A stretch of DNA of 41,499 nt from an uncultured Anaerolineales bacterium. Its GTDB lineage: Bacteria > Chloroflexota > Anaerolineae > B4-G1 > DUEL01. The stretch covers positions 1-41,499 of the forward strand of contig CAZOLN010000003.1 of NCBI GenBank assembly GCA_964580565.1, written 5' to 3'. The translations under genes and the position numbers were made by a program. Below the pieces are notes generated by a model, which made no database searches, was not told the DNA's origin, and saw only the letters and a list, made by a program, of their open reading frames with translations. Of this stretch, positions 24,994 through 32,431 are shown one piece after another; position 1 is the first letter of the stretch; each line of letters begins with the position of its first letter.

Positions 24994-25698
24994 CTACAGA
25001 AGATCCTCCGCCTCAAAGAAGTAACCGCTACCGCGGACGGTGCGGATGTAACGAGGCGATTTGGGGTCCGGCTCGATCTTGCGCCGCAGACGATAGATGT
25101 ACTGCTTCACCAGGTCCGGCTCACCGATCCGCTCCGGCCCCCACACCCGGGTCAGGATGGCGTCGGGGCTCAGGACCCGACCGGCGTGCCGGATGAGGAG
25201 ACGGAGGACCTCGAACTCCTTGGGGGTCAGATACACCGTCCGGTTGCCGATGACCAGTTCGTGGCGACCACAATCCAGCATCACCGAAGCGGCCGGGAAC
25301 AGGACCTCCTGCTCCCGGTCCTCCCGCTCGCCGGCCCGGCGCAGGGAGGCGAAGAGACGGCCGATCAACTCCGAACGGTTGAACGGCTTCACAACGTAGT
25401 CGTCCGCCCCGAGGGAGAAACCACGTACCACATCCTCAATGGTTCCACGGGCGGTGACGAAGATGATGGGCACGTCGGTCATCTCCCGCAACCGTCGGCA
25501 GACCTCGAACCCGTCCACCTCCGGCATCACTACGTCGAGGAGGACCACGTCTGGGTGGAGCTGGTAAGCCATCCGCAGGCCAGTCAGTGCATCCTGAGCC
25601 GTGAAGACCTCAAAGCCCTCCGCGCCCAGGATCACCTTGAGCATCTTTAGCACATCGGGTTGGTCATCGATCGCAAGGACGCGGAACCGCCGACGCAT
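24994..25698 (-). CDS. OmpR/PhoB-family response regulator (monocistronic)
   Basis: VLAIDDQ...VVLLDVVMPEVDG...VVKP. LTPKEFEVLRLL...YIYRLRRKIE...YIRTVRGSGYFF. Start trimmed to ATG 25698 because the track start (TTG 25731) lies at the predicted transcription start. Confidence 0.92.
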   Translation of the reverse strand: MRRRFRVLAIDDQPDVLKMLKVILGAEGFEVFTAQDALTGLRMAYQLHPDVVLLDVVMPEVDGFEVCRRLREMTDVPIIFVTARGTIEDVVRGFSLGADDYVVKPFNRSELIGRLFASLRRAGEREDREQEVLFPAASVMLDCGRHELVIGNRTVYLTPKEFEVLRLLIRHAGRVLSPDAILTRVWGPERIGEPDLVKQYIYRLRRKIEPDPKSPRYIRTVRGSGYFFEAEDLL

Positions 25699-25735
25699 TT
25701 CCTCTCCCTCCTCCCCCTCATCGGGCCCCAATCAA

Positions 25736-25764
25736 ATACTACCACAGCAGAGGTTTTGTGTCAA
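25736..25764 (-). promoter_or_regulatory. Sigma70-type promoter for the monocistronic response regulator
   Basis: Minus strand reads TTGACA, 17 nt, TAGTAT. This lies about 35 nt upstream of ATG 25698. Confidence 0.55.
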
Positions 25765-25871
25765 TCTTTTGAGAGACCTGTCCGCCGCGCCCGTCCCCCT
25801 CTTGCAGGTTACAGACATCCCAGCGGATACCGTCACGGGCCCGGCCGCCAGGCCCCATCCGCCACGCAACG

Positions 25872-26807
25872 TCAAAGCCCCTCCAAAGTACCCTGGATCT
25901 GCGCGCGGATCGTCTTCCTCTGCTCAAGGATCTGCCGGAGGGCGTCGCGCGTCTCATCCCACGCCGTCGCCAATTGAACGACCCGATCCAGGAGAGACTC
26001 GGCAGGATCGAGGACATGGACAAGGAGGGGTTGAACCAGGGTGGCCCCCAGGCCGGTGGAGGCGCGCGAACTGAACCACCCATCCATCGGCTCCAGGATC
26101 CGTCGGTGAAGCCCTTCGACCAGGTCCGGGAGCATCGTCACGACCTCGCCGAGCCGTTCCAACCCATCCTGTACCTGACCGGCGGCGGGACCGGGCAGGT
26201 GGTCCAGGATCCAACGCAGGAAACTCCCCATCGTCTCCGCCAGAGGACCGGTGATCTCCAGCAGGCCGTTAACGCTGTTCTCCAGCGCCAGCATCCGCTG
26301 GGAGAGGGCAGCGAGGGTCTGTTGGAGCCACTGGAAGGCGGATTGGAGGGAAGGGAAACGGGACTGGAAGTCCAGCAACGCGGTTCGGCCGACCTCCAGG
26401 CCGGAGCGGAGGGCCTCCGCCCCCTCCCGCAGCCCGCCGATCAGGCCATCCAGTGTCTCCAGCGCCTGCTCCAGCCGTCCATCCAGCCCGGCCTCCTCCA
26501 TCGCTTCGTACAGGGCGACGACCTCGCGCTGCCGGTTCACCTCGGCCGAGAGGTGGCCGTAGCCCATCTGCCAGACGGCCAGCCCGCCCGTCACGGCCAC
26601 GACGGTTCCCCCGGCCACCGCCGCCTTGAGGAACCGCCGCCGGGAGGTCCTCCCCGGCACCGCCACCGATCCCGAGACCGCCTGTCGGGTCAGCCGGTCC
26701 AGTTCTTCCAACGTCCCGTCGTCCAGCCGCTCCAGCCGGTCGATGATCCGAGCCATCCGCGCAGCGCGGCGGATCCTGGTCGTCCGCACATCCCCCGTTG
26801 AGGTCAT
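25872..26807 (-). CDS. Hypothetical helical protein with internal Tat-like motif and one TM/signal segment
   Basis: SRRRFLKAAVAGGTVVAVTGGLAVW at about residues 55-80. The remainder is Leu/Glu/Ala-rich and predicted helical. I recognise no family. SD GGTGGAGGGAAG. Confidence 0.55.
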   Translation of the reverse strand: MTSTGDVRTTRIRRAARMARIIDRLERLDDGTLEELDRLTRQAVSGSVAVPGRTSRRRFLKAAVAGGTVVAVTGGLAVWQMGYGHLSAEVNRQREVVALYEAMEEAGLDGRLEQALETLDGLIGGLREGAEALRSGLEVGRTALLDFQSRFPSLQSAFQWLQQTLAALSQRMLALENSVNGLLEITGPLAETMGSFLRWILDHLPGPAAGQVQDGLERLGEVVTMLPDLVEGLHRRILEPMDGWFSSRASTGLGATLVQPLLVHVLDPAESLLDRVVQLATAWDETRDALRQILEQRKTIRAQIQGTLEGL

Positions 26808-26829
26808 CGACTCTTCCCTCCACCTATGT

Positions 26830-26888
26830 ATAGAAAACTACAGAGAGGCACAGAGACCCCTCTGTTTTGGAGACTCTGTGCTCTCTGT
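26830..26888 (-). terminator. Long hairpin (palindromic-element family) plus T-run after era
   Basis: About 15 bp stem ACAGAGAG(G)CACAGAG / CTCTGTGCTCTCTGT with one bulge, followed on the minus strand by AGTTTTCTAT. Confidence 0.5.
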
Positions 26889-26907
26889 GTCTTTGTGGCG
26901 TGAACCC

Positions 26908-27855
26908 TTAATCCGGCCTGTAGCCCATCCAGCGAACCCGCGCCAGATCCCTCCGCCAGTTCTTGCTCACCTTCACCCACAGGTCCAGATAGACCCGTCC
27001 GCCGACCATCCGTTCGATCTCCTGACGGGCCGCCGTGCCGATCCGTCGGAGCATCCGCCCCCCCTTGCCGATCAGGATCCCCTTCTGGGACTCCCGCTCC
27101 ACGTAGATGTTGGCGGCGATGTAGACCACCCCGTTCTCCCGCTCCTGAAACTCCTCCACCAGCACGGCGACGGAGTGGGGCACCTCGTCCCGGGTGAGGC
27201 GAAGGATCTGCTCGCGGATCAACTCGGCGGCGATCTCCCGCTCCGTCTGATCGGTGATCTGGTCGCCCGGGTAGTACCGCGGCCCCTCCGGAAGGTGCTC
27301 GACGATCATCTCCAGCAGTTTGTCCAGGTTCACCGCCTCGGTGGCGACGGTCATCATCCACCCGGCGTGATCGGGCATCAACGCCCAGTACGCCTCGGTG
27401 TGGGATTTGACCCGATCCGGCGGCAGGAGGTCCATCTTGTTGAGCACCAAAATGACCGGGTTCTGGGTCCGCTCCCGGATCATCCTCGCGATCATCTGGT
27501 CCTCTTCCCGCGGCAGCACCGACACGTCGACCACGAAGAGGATCACGTCCGACCCGGGGATGGCGCGGGCCGCGGTGGCGACCATCACCTCCCCCAACTT
27601 GTGGAAGGGCTTGTGCAGCCCCGGCGTGTCGATGAAGATGATCTGGTAGTTCTCCCGCGTCAGGATCCCCCGGATGCGGGTGCGGGTGGTCTGGGGTTTG
27701 GGGGAGACGATGGCTACCTTGTGCCCCAGGAACTGGTTCATCAGGGTGGACTTCCCCACGTTGGGCCGGCCGATGACGGCGACGAAGCCGGATTTGTGGC
27801 CGGGGGGGACGTCCTCCAGGTCGTAGAACTCGGGTTCGCTTGTGGTTTCGTCCAT
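26908..27855 (-). CDS. era: GTPase Era
   Basis: GFVAVIGRPNVGKSTLMN (G1), DTPG (G3), NKMD (G4), C-terminal KH domain ERESQKGILIGKGGRMLRRIG. Confidence 0.95.
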   Translation of the reverse strand: MDETTSEPEFYDLEDVPPGHKSGFVAVIGRPNVGKSTLMNQFLGHKVAIVSPKPQTTRTRIRGILTRENYQIIFIDTPGLHKPFHKLGEVMVATAARAIPGSDVILFVVDVSVLPREEDQMIARMIRERTQNPVILVLNKMDLLPPDRVKSHTEAYWALMPDHAGWMMTVATEAVNLDKLLEMIVEHLPEGPRYYPGDQITDQTEREIAAELIREQILRLTRDEVPHSVAVLVEEFQERENGVVYIAANIYVERESQKGILIGKGGRMLRRIGTAARQEIERMVGGRVYLDLWVKVSKNWRRDLARVRWMGYRPD

Positions 27856-27870
27856 GGGCTCACCTGTTTT

Positions 27871-27947
27871 GTGTCATGCGTCAAACGTCATGCGTCATAC
27901 GTCACACGTCAAGCGTCAGACGTCAAACGTCAGGCGTCAGGCGTCAA
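27871..27947 (-). repeat. Heptamer tandem array x11, same TGACGYR family
   Basis: Plus strand reads gtgtcat gcgtcaa acgtcat gcgtcat acgtcac acgtcaa gcgtcag acgtcaa acgtcag gcgtcag gcgtcaa. Confidence 0.9.
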
Positions 27948-29036
27948 AGCGAGGCGGGTGACGAGCGGCAGGTACAGCGCAGCACCCCCGGCGAGGGGGA
28001 TCCGCTCCACAAGGGTGTACGGTCCGCCCGCCCCGTCGTCCCGATAGGTCTCCAGCACAACGAAGTCGTCCTCAACCCGGATAACGAGAAAGGTGCTGGG
28101 GGCTCCTCGATCCCCCTTTCCACGGGCGTGCCCGGCGTCCAGTTGCCAGACCCCGTCGATGCGCACCGCGCTGTAGTTGTGCGTGTGCCCGCAGATGTAG
28201 GCCACCACGCCGTGGGCCGCCAGGAGGTCCCAAAACCGATCTCGGTTCGCCGGATGAGCGTCGAGGCTGTCGCCGACGTGTCGCTCCCGCCCCGTCTCCG
28301 CGTCCGGCTGCGGGAAGGCCGGCTCGTGGCCGAAGACGAAGATGTAGGGCCGGTCGGTCGCCTGCAGGTCCGCCGCCAACCACTCGTAGAGGTGGTCGGG
28401 AAGGTCCCCATCGGTCGCCATCGGCCCGCCGACGTCGCAGTAGACGTTGAGCATCACCAGGTGGGCAGCGCCGTAGTCGAACGAGTAGGTCGTCGTCGGG
28501 CAGCCGGAGGGGCCGGGGTTCACCGGGCCGTAGTCGTACGCCTGGAGCCAGGCCACGTCGTCGGGGGTCTCCACCTCGTGGTTGCCGACGCCGGGATACC
28601 ACGGGAAGTCGGCCCCAAGGGTCTGGGAGAGGGTCCACTGCACCCCCAGCGGCGGATCGACGTCGCCGGGGCTGACCATGAAGGCCACGTCGCCCAGGGC
28701 GGCGATGGCCTCGCACGCCCCGCGGAAGTAGTGGACGGAGTCGTAGAGGCCCGGCCCTGCGTACTGCCGCATATCGGCAGCGACGGCGAAGGCGAAGGAG
28801 GAAGAGGGGGAGAGAGGGGAGAGAGGAGACAAGGGGACAGGGGGAGAAGGAGGAACCGTGGGAGAGGATACGGCAGGAGGACGAGCTGTAGGGGCGAGGG
28901 TGGGAGAGGCGGTGGGAGAGGTGATAGGGGGAGCAGCAGGAACGGCAGCGCAGGCAACCCCGAGCAAGAGGAGCGACAGCAAGATCGACGACGGGGTCAG
29001 GCCGAGCACCCTCCCCAACCGGTGGAGTCCCTTCAC
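27930..29036 (-). CDS. Secreted or anchored calcineurin-like metallophosphoesterase
   Basis: Signal/anchor ILLSLLLLGVACAAV and a Pro/Ser-rich linker, then SPGDVD, GVGNHE, VFGHEP, ICGHTHN motifs. GTG 29036 follows GGAGGAGG. The stop lies inside the heptamer array. Confidence 0.8.
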   Translation of the reverse strand: MKGLHRLGRVLGLTPSSILLSLLLLGVACAAVPAAPPITSPTASPTLAPTARPPAVSSPTVPPSPPVPLSPLSPLSPSSSFAFAVAADMRQYAGPGLYDSVHYFRGACEAIAALGDVAFMVSPGDVDPPLGVQWTLSQTLGADFPWYPGVGNHEVETPDDVAWLQAYDYGPVNPGPSGCPTTTYSFDYGAAHLVMLNVYCDVGGPMATDGDLPDHLYEWLAADLQATDRPYIFVFGHEPAFPQPDAETGRERHVGDSLDAHPANRDRFWDLLAAHGVVAYICGHTHNYSAVRIDGVWQLDAGHARGKGDRGAPSTFLVIRVEDDFVVLETYRDDGAGGPYTLVERIPLAGGAALYLPLVTRLALTPDA

Positions 29037-29049
29037 CGCCTCCTCCGGA

Positions 29050-29727
29050 CTACTCGCTTTTCTGAGGCAGGTGGGGCAACAGCCAGGCCAGGAATGCATC
29101 GGTGGAGCGGGTCTGGAGCAGGACGCGCCCCGGCCCGGTGAGGTCCACCACCAGCCCTTCCCCGCTGAAGAAGGTGGACTTCAGGCCGCCGATGCGGCGC
29201 ACCTTGAAGCCGATCCCCTCGGTGAAGGCGACCAGGTGGCCCGTGTCCACCGTGTAGGTCTCCCCCGCTTCCAGATCCACCGGGTGGATAGCGCCGAAGG
29301 ACGAGAGGAGCAACTTCCCCGTGCCGGAGGCGCGCAGCATGATCAGCCCCTCGGAGGCAAAAAAGGTCTTCGCACCGCCCCACTTGGTATCCAGCGTAAC
29401 CCCCATCTCAGAGGCGACGTAGGAGCCGGACTGCACCAGAAGGGTCTCGTCCTTGAGATCCACCACGAAGAGGTCGCCAGGAAGAGCGGGGGCAACGGTC
29501 AGTTCTCCTCCGGTGGACGGGGCGCGGTAGGTGTTCTGGAAGAAGCTCTCCCCCGCCAGGAGGGAACGGGCCAGGGACTTCAGGATGCCGCCCGCCGCCT
29601 TGGTCTGCACGGCGATCCCTTTGGACATGCTGACCATCGCGCCGCCTTCCACCCGCACTTCCTCGTTGGGGCCCAGGCGGAGGACCCCAAGGGAGTAGGA
29701 TGGGCGATACAAGATTTCTACCTCCAT
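29050..29727 (-). CDS. AIM24 / TIGR00266 (DUF124) family protein
   Basis: Full-length family-like sequence ...GGAMVSMSKGIAVQTK...GESFFQNTY...VDTGHLVAFTEGIGFKV...SGEGLVVDLTGPGRVLLQTR. Confidence 0.8.
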   Translation of the reverse strand: MEVEILYRPSYSLGVLRLGPNEEVRVEGGAMVSMSKGIAVQTKAAGGILKSLARSLLAGESFFQNTYRAPSTGGELTVAPALPGDLFVVDLKDETLLVQSGSYVASEMGVTLDTKWGGAKTFFASEGLIMLRASGTGKLLLSSFGAIHPVDLEAGETYTVDTGHLVAFTEGIGFKVRRIGGLKSTFFSGEGLVVDLTGPGRVLLQTRSTDAFLAWLLPHLPQKSE

Positions 29728-29763
29728 CGCGTTTCTCCTTTCCTTGTTTGGTTTGTTTACTTC

Positions 29764-30363
29764 TTACCCCTGCCCTCTAACCACGTAAATCCCCGGCAGG
29801 CTCGCCAGGGTGACCGCCCCCTTCAGCAGGACGTTGGCCCAGAAGATGGACCACACGGTAGCGGCGGGGAGGACGCCCCCAAACGCCCCCCAGCAAAAGA
29901 TGAGGCTGTCCAGCGGGACGCTGACCGCGTTGCTGGTGAGGACCCGCATCCACTGGTAGCGGCGGGTGATGCGGGTGACCCAGAGGTGGTAGATCTCGGT
30001 GTCGATGAACTCGGCGACCACCTCGGCGACGATGGAGGCGATAACGATCCGCCAAACCGGGGTGAGGACGGCGGCGAACTCCCGCTGGAGCGACCAGGTG
30101 GGGTCCGGCGGGAGCCAGGCGGCGAAGGCGAAAAGACCCGCCATCACCAGGTTGATGACCCCCGCTGCGACGATCACCGTCCGTGCCGCCGATCGCCCTA
30201 GCGACTTGTGCACCAGGTCCCGCAGGGTGAAGGTGAACGGGTAGATGAACGTGCCCGCGTCGATGCTGAAGCCCGCCACCCAGGCGATCTTCAGGCTCAA
30301 GATGTCGGAGAGCATCTGGGCAGCGATGTAGGCAGAGATGACCAGGACGCCAACGGTGCTCAC
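29764..30363 (-). CDS. yhhQ: Queuosine-precursor transporter (YhhQ/DUF165 family)
   Basis: AQMLSDILSLKI...GTFIYPFTFTLRDLVHK...DTEIYHLW...SNAVSVPLDSLIF. GTG start at 30363 follows GGGGAG. Confidence 0.85.
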   Translation of the reverse strand: MSTVGVLVISAYIAAQMLSDILSLKIAWVAGFSIDAGTFIYPFTFTLRDLVHKSLGRSAARTVIVAAGVINLVMAGLFAFAAWLPPDPTWSLQREFAAVLTPVWRIVIASIVAEVVAEFIDTEIYHLWVTRITRRYQWMRVLTSNAVSVPLDSLIFCWGAFGGVLPAATVWSIFWANVLLKGAVTLASLPGIYVVRGQG

Positions 30364-30407
30364 TTTGTCTCCCCTGTTTTTAAGTTACAGGACTTACGCA
30401 GCCTCAT

Positions 30408-30478
30408 CACAGAAGCACGGAGGCCACAGAGTTCTACCGGGTTTTCCAGGTTTTCTCTGCGTCCTCCGTGCCCCTGTG
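30408..30478. repeat. Intergenic palindromic element (REP/MITE-like), full copy
   Basis: GCACGGAGGCCACAGAG (30415-30431) pairs with CTCTGCGTCCTCCGTGC (30455-30471) at 15 of 17 positions. An outer CACAG/CTGTG extension adds to the stem. The loop is 23 nt. Confidence 0.75.
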
Positions 30479-30507
30479 GTTTCGTCCAATACAAGTGTGT
30501 AACTCCT

Positions 30508-30549
30508 GGCAGGTTACAGGTTACAGGCTACAAGTTACAGGTCTCAGGT
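30508..30549 (-). repeat. Heptamer tandem array x5-6, CCTGTAA family on the gene strand
   Basis: Minus strand reads ACCTGAG ACCTGTA ACTTGTA GCCTGTA ACCTGTA ACCTGCC. Confidence 0.85.
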
Positions 30550-31470
30550 CGCGGGTTGGTGGTTCCACAAGCGGCAGAAAGCGCAAGGGCCGGGGACACT
30601 GGTGGGCTGGCCGCAGACGGGGCATGGATGGAGTTCAACCTGCTCCGATTGCTCCTTGAACAGCCCGTCCTTCCGGGCACGGAGGAAACTGAGGTAGAAC
30701 TGCAACTTGCTGCCCGGCGACTGGACCTCCAACCGACTGAGCAGGTCTTTATAGAAGATCGTGGTGCTTCCCTCCGCGTAGGGGCATTCCTCGTAGATGT
30801 AGTCGATCCCCCGGAGGAGGGCGTAGGCGGCCACCTCCCGCTCGTAGAAGCGGCAGAAGGGCTTGACCTTGCGGGCCAGCCCTTCCCGCTCCTCCAGCAC
30901 GGGGGCCTGCCGGGCCAGGTAGCCCACCTGCCAGTGGAGGACGTTGCTCAGAAGGACAGCGACCTCATCGTCCAGGTTATGGCCGGTGGCCAGCACGCCA
31001 TATCCGTGCTCCCAGGCGATGCGGTTCATCTCGTGTCGCTTGATGAGCCCACAGACGGAGCAGGGCTTGCCCCGCCCCCGCAGTTTTCGGCGCGCCACCT
31101 GGGGGATCGTCTCCCCGTACAGGGCGGGGACATCGACCACGTGCAACTGGGCCTCGGGGTGCTGCGCTACAAAGGCTTCAACCTTCTGGAAGGAGAGCCG
31201 GGAATAGCCAAACCCGCCGTCGATCCCCAGGTCGATGTACAGCCCGTCGGCTTGGTAGCCCAGGCGAAGGAGCACGTCCCAGAGGCTGAGGCTGTCCTTC
31301 CCTCCGGAGACGGCGACCAGCACCCGGTCTTCGCGGCGAAACATTCGGTACTTCCGGATCGCCCGCTCCGTCTGCGCGACGAACCACTCCAGGTAATGCT
31401 CCTCGCAGAGCGCCAGTTTGTGATGCCGCATGTTGAACGCGGCCCGCTTCCCGCACTTTCGACAGCGCAC
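30544..31470 (-). CDS. ttuA: TtuA/Ncs6-family tRNA 2-thiolation PP-loop ATPase
   Basis: N-terminal zinc finger CRKC..CEEH, PP-loop VAVSGGKDS, CSVCG and C-terminal CPVCG..CAFC clusters. The specific tRNA target is inferred from the family only. Confidence 0.8.
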   Translation of the reverse strand: MRCRKCGKRAAFNMRHHKLALCEEHYLEWFVAQTERAIRKYRMFRREDRVLVAVSGGKDSLSLWDVLLRLGYQADGLYIDLGIDGGFGYSRLSFQKVEAFVAQHPEAQLHVVDVPALYGETIPQVARRKLRGRGKPCSVCGLIKRHEMNRIAWEHGYGVLATGHNLDDEVAVLLSNVLHWQVGYLARQAPVLEEREGLARKVKPFCRFYEREVAAYALLRGIDYIYEECPYAEGSTTIFYKDLLSRLEVQSPGSKLQFYLSFLRARKDGLFKEQSEQVELHPCPVCGQPTSVPGPCAFCRLWNHQPAT

Positions 31471-31489
31471 AGGTCGACCCCGATCGCCC

Positions 31490-31678
31490 TTATCCGCCGG
31501 AAACCACCGAGATCAACTTCACCTCGTCGTCCGGCTCCAGCACCGTGTCCTCGGTCAACAACTTGCCGTCCCGCACGGCCAACACCGTCTCCGGGATCAG
31601 CCCCACCTTCTCTATCGCCTGACGGACGGTCATCCGCCCTTCCAGTTCCCACTCCTTGTCCCGATGAACGATCCGCAT
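31490..31678 (-). CDS. ttuB: ThiS/MoaD-like sulfur-carrier protein ending in Gly-Gly (TtuB-like)
   Basis: 62 aa, MRIVHRDKEWELEGRMTVRQAIEKVGL...DDEVKLISVVSGG-stop. GGAGG SD. Lies immediately upstream of the TtuA-like gene. Confidence 0.7.
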   Translation of the reverse strand: MRIVHRDKEWELEGRMTVRQAIEKVGLIPETVLAVRDGKLLTEDTVLEPDDEVKLISVVSGG

Positions 31679-31703
31679 CCCAACCTCCGCACAGGGGAAC
31701 CCG

Positions 31704-32375
31704 CTACGGCTCCCGGAAACGTGCCTCCAGTTGCTCCAACAGTTCCGCCGCCTCCACCAGTTTGTCCAGCGGGTTCTGCTCACCCACGAAATACCGATAG
31801 TCGCAGGGCATCACATCCAGCGTCGTTACCAACTCGTTGAACCGCTCCCGCAACGTCCGTTCGCTCACGCCGTAGGTCCGGGCGACCTCCCGCTGGGTGA
31901 CCGGACGCAGGTTGACCTTCCGCACGGTATAATCCAGCGCGGCGGCCCACGTCTCCGGCTTGCGCATCGGCAGAGGCTTTCTGCCGACGGCGATCCGATA
32001 CTCCAGCCACATCTGCAACGCCGCCCCGATCTCCTCGATGGGCAATCGGGCCTCGGTCATCTTCTCCGTAAGGATCGTCTCCACCGGGTCCAGCCCGCTG
32101 GCGAAGAGCCGCTCGAACCGCTCGGCGACCTCGGAGTCCGGCTCAAGGCGGAGGAACTCGGCCAACGCCCGCAGCGCTTGATCGAAGTCGCCGCTACGGG
32201 AGAGGGCCCGCGCCAGGTTCAAATGGTATTCCGGCACCTCCGGCGCAACGCGAATCGCAGCGCGGAACTTCTTCACCGCCGTCTCGATGTCCCATTCCTG
32301 GTAGGCCTTCAGCCCCTCACGGTTCAGCACCTCCGCCTTCGCCCGGCGCACCTTCGCCGATTCTTTTGCCGCCAT
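31704..32375 (-). CDS. TPR-like N-terminal domain plus C-terminal HTH-like segment, function unknown
   Basis: EYHLNLARALSRSGDFDQALRALAEFLRLEP (TPR-like) and VTQREVARTYGVSERTLRERFNELV (HTH-like). Start set to ATG 32375 (AGGAGAG SD), because ATG 32432 overlaps the predicted -10 box. Confidence 0.6.
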   Translation of the reverse strand: MAAKESAKVRRAKAEVLNREGLKAYQEWDIETAVKKFRAAIRVAPEVPEYHLNLARALSRSGDFDQALRALAEFLRLEPDSEVAERFERLFASGLDPVETILTEKMTEARLPIEEIGAALQMWLEYRIAVGRKPLPMRKPETWAAALDYTVRKVNLRPVTQREVARTYGVSERTLRERFNELVTTLDVMPCDYRYFVGEQNPLDKLVEAAELLEQLEARFREP

Positions 32376-32431
32376 AGTGCTCTCCTGAACAACGGTGGGT
32401 CCAAATGACTGCTTGCTGATAAGGTCCTTCA

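Noticed and set aside
28790-28900. Purine/pyrimidine low-complexity DNA (ggggagagag... ) as another non-coding repeat
   Set aside because: It lies inside the metallophosphoesterase ORF and encodes a Pro/Ser-rich linker (PPSPPVPLSPLSPLSPSSS) after the signal/anchor. It has no fixed 7- or 8-nt period. It is ordinary linker low complexity.
30364-30407. preQ1 riboswitch upstream of yhhQ
   Set aside because: This is an expected association. The leader has an A-rich stretch next to the SD (CCUGUAACUUAAAAACAGGGGAG). However, I cannot fold a convincing P1 hairpin followed by the conserved tail of preQ1-I, or match preQ1-II/III from memory. It needs an Infernal scan before any claim.
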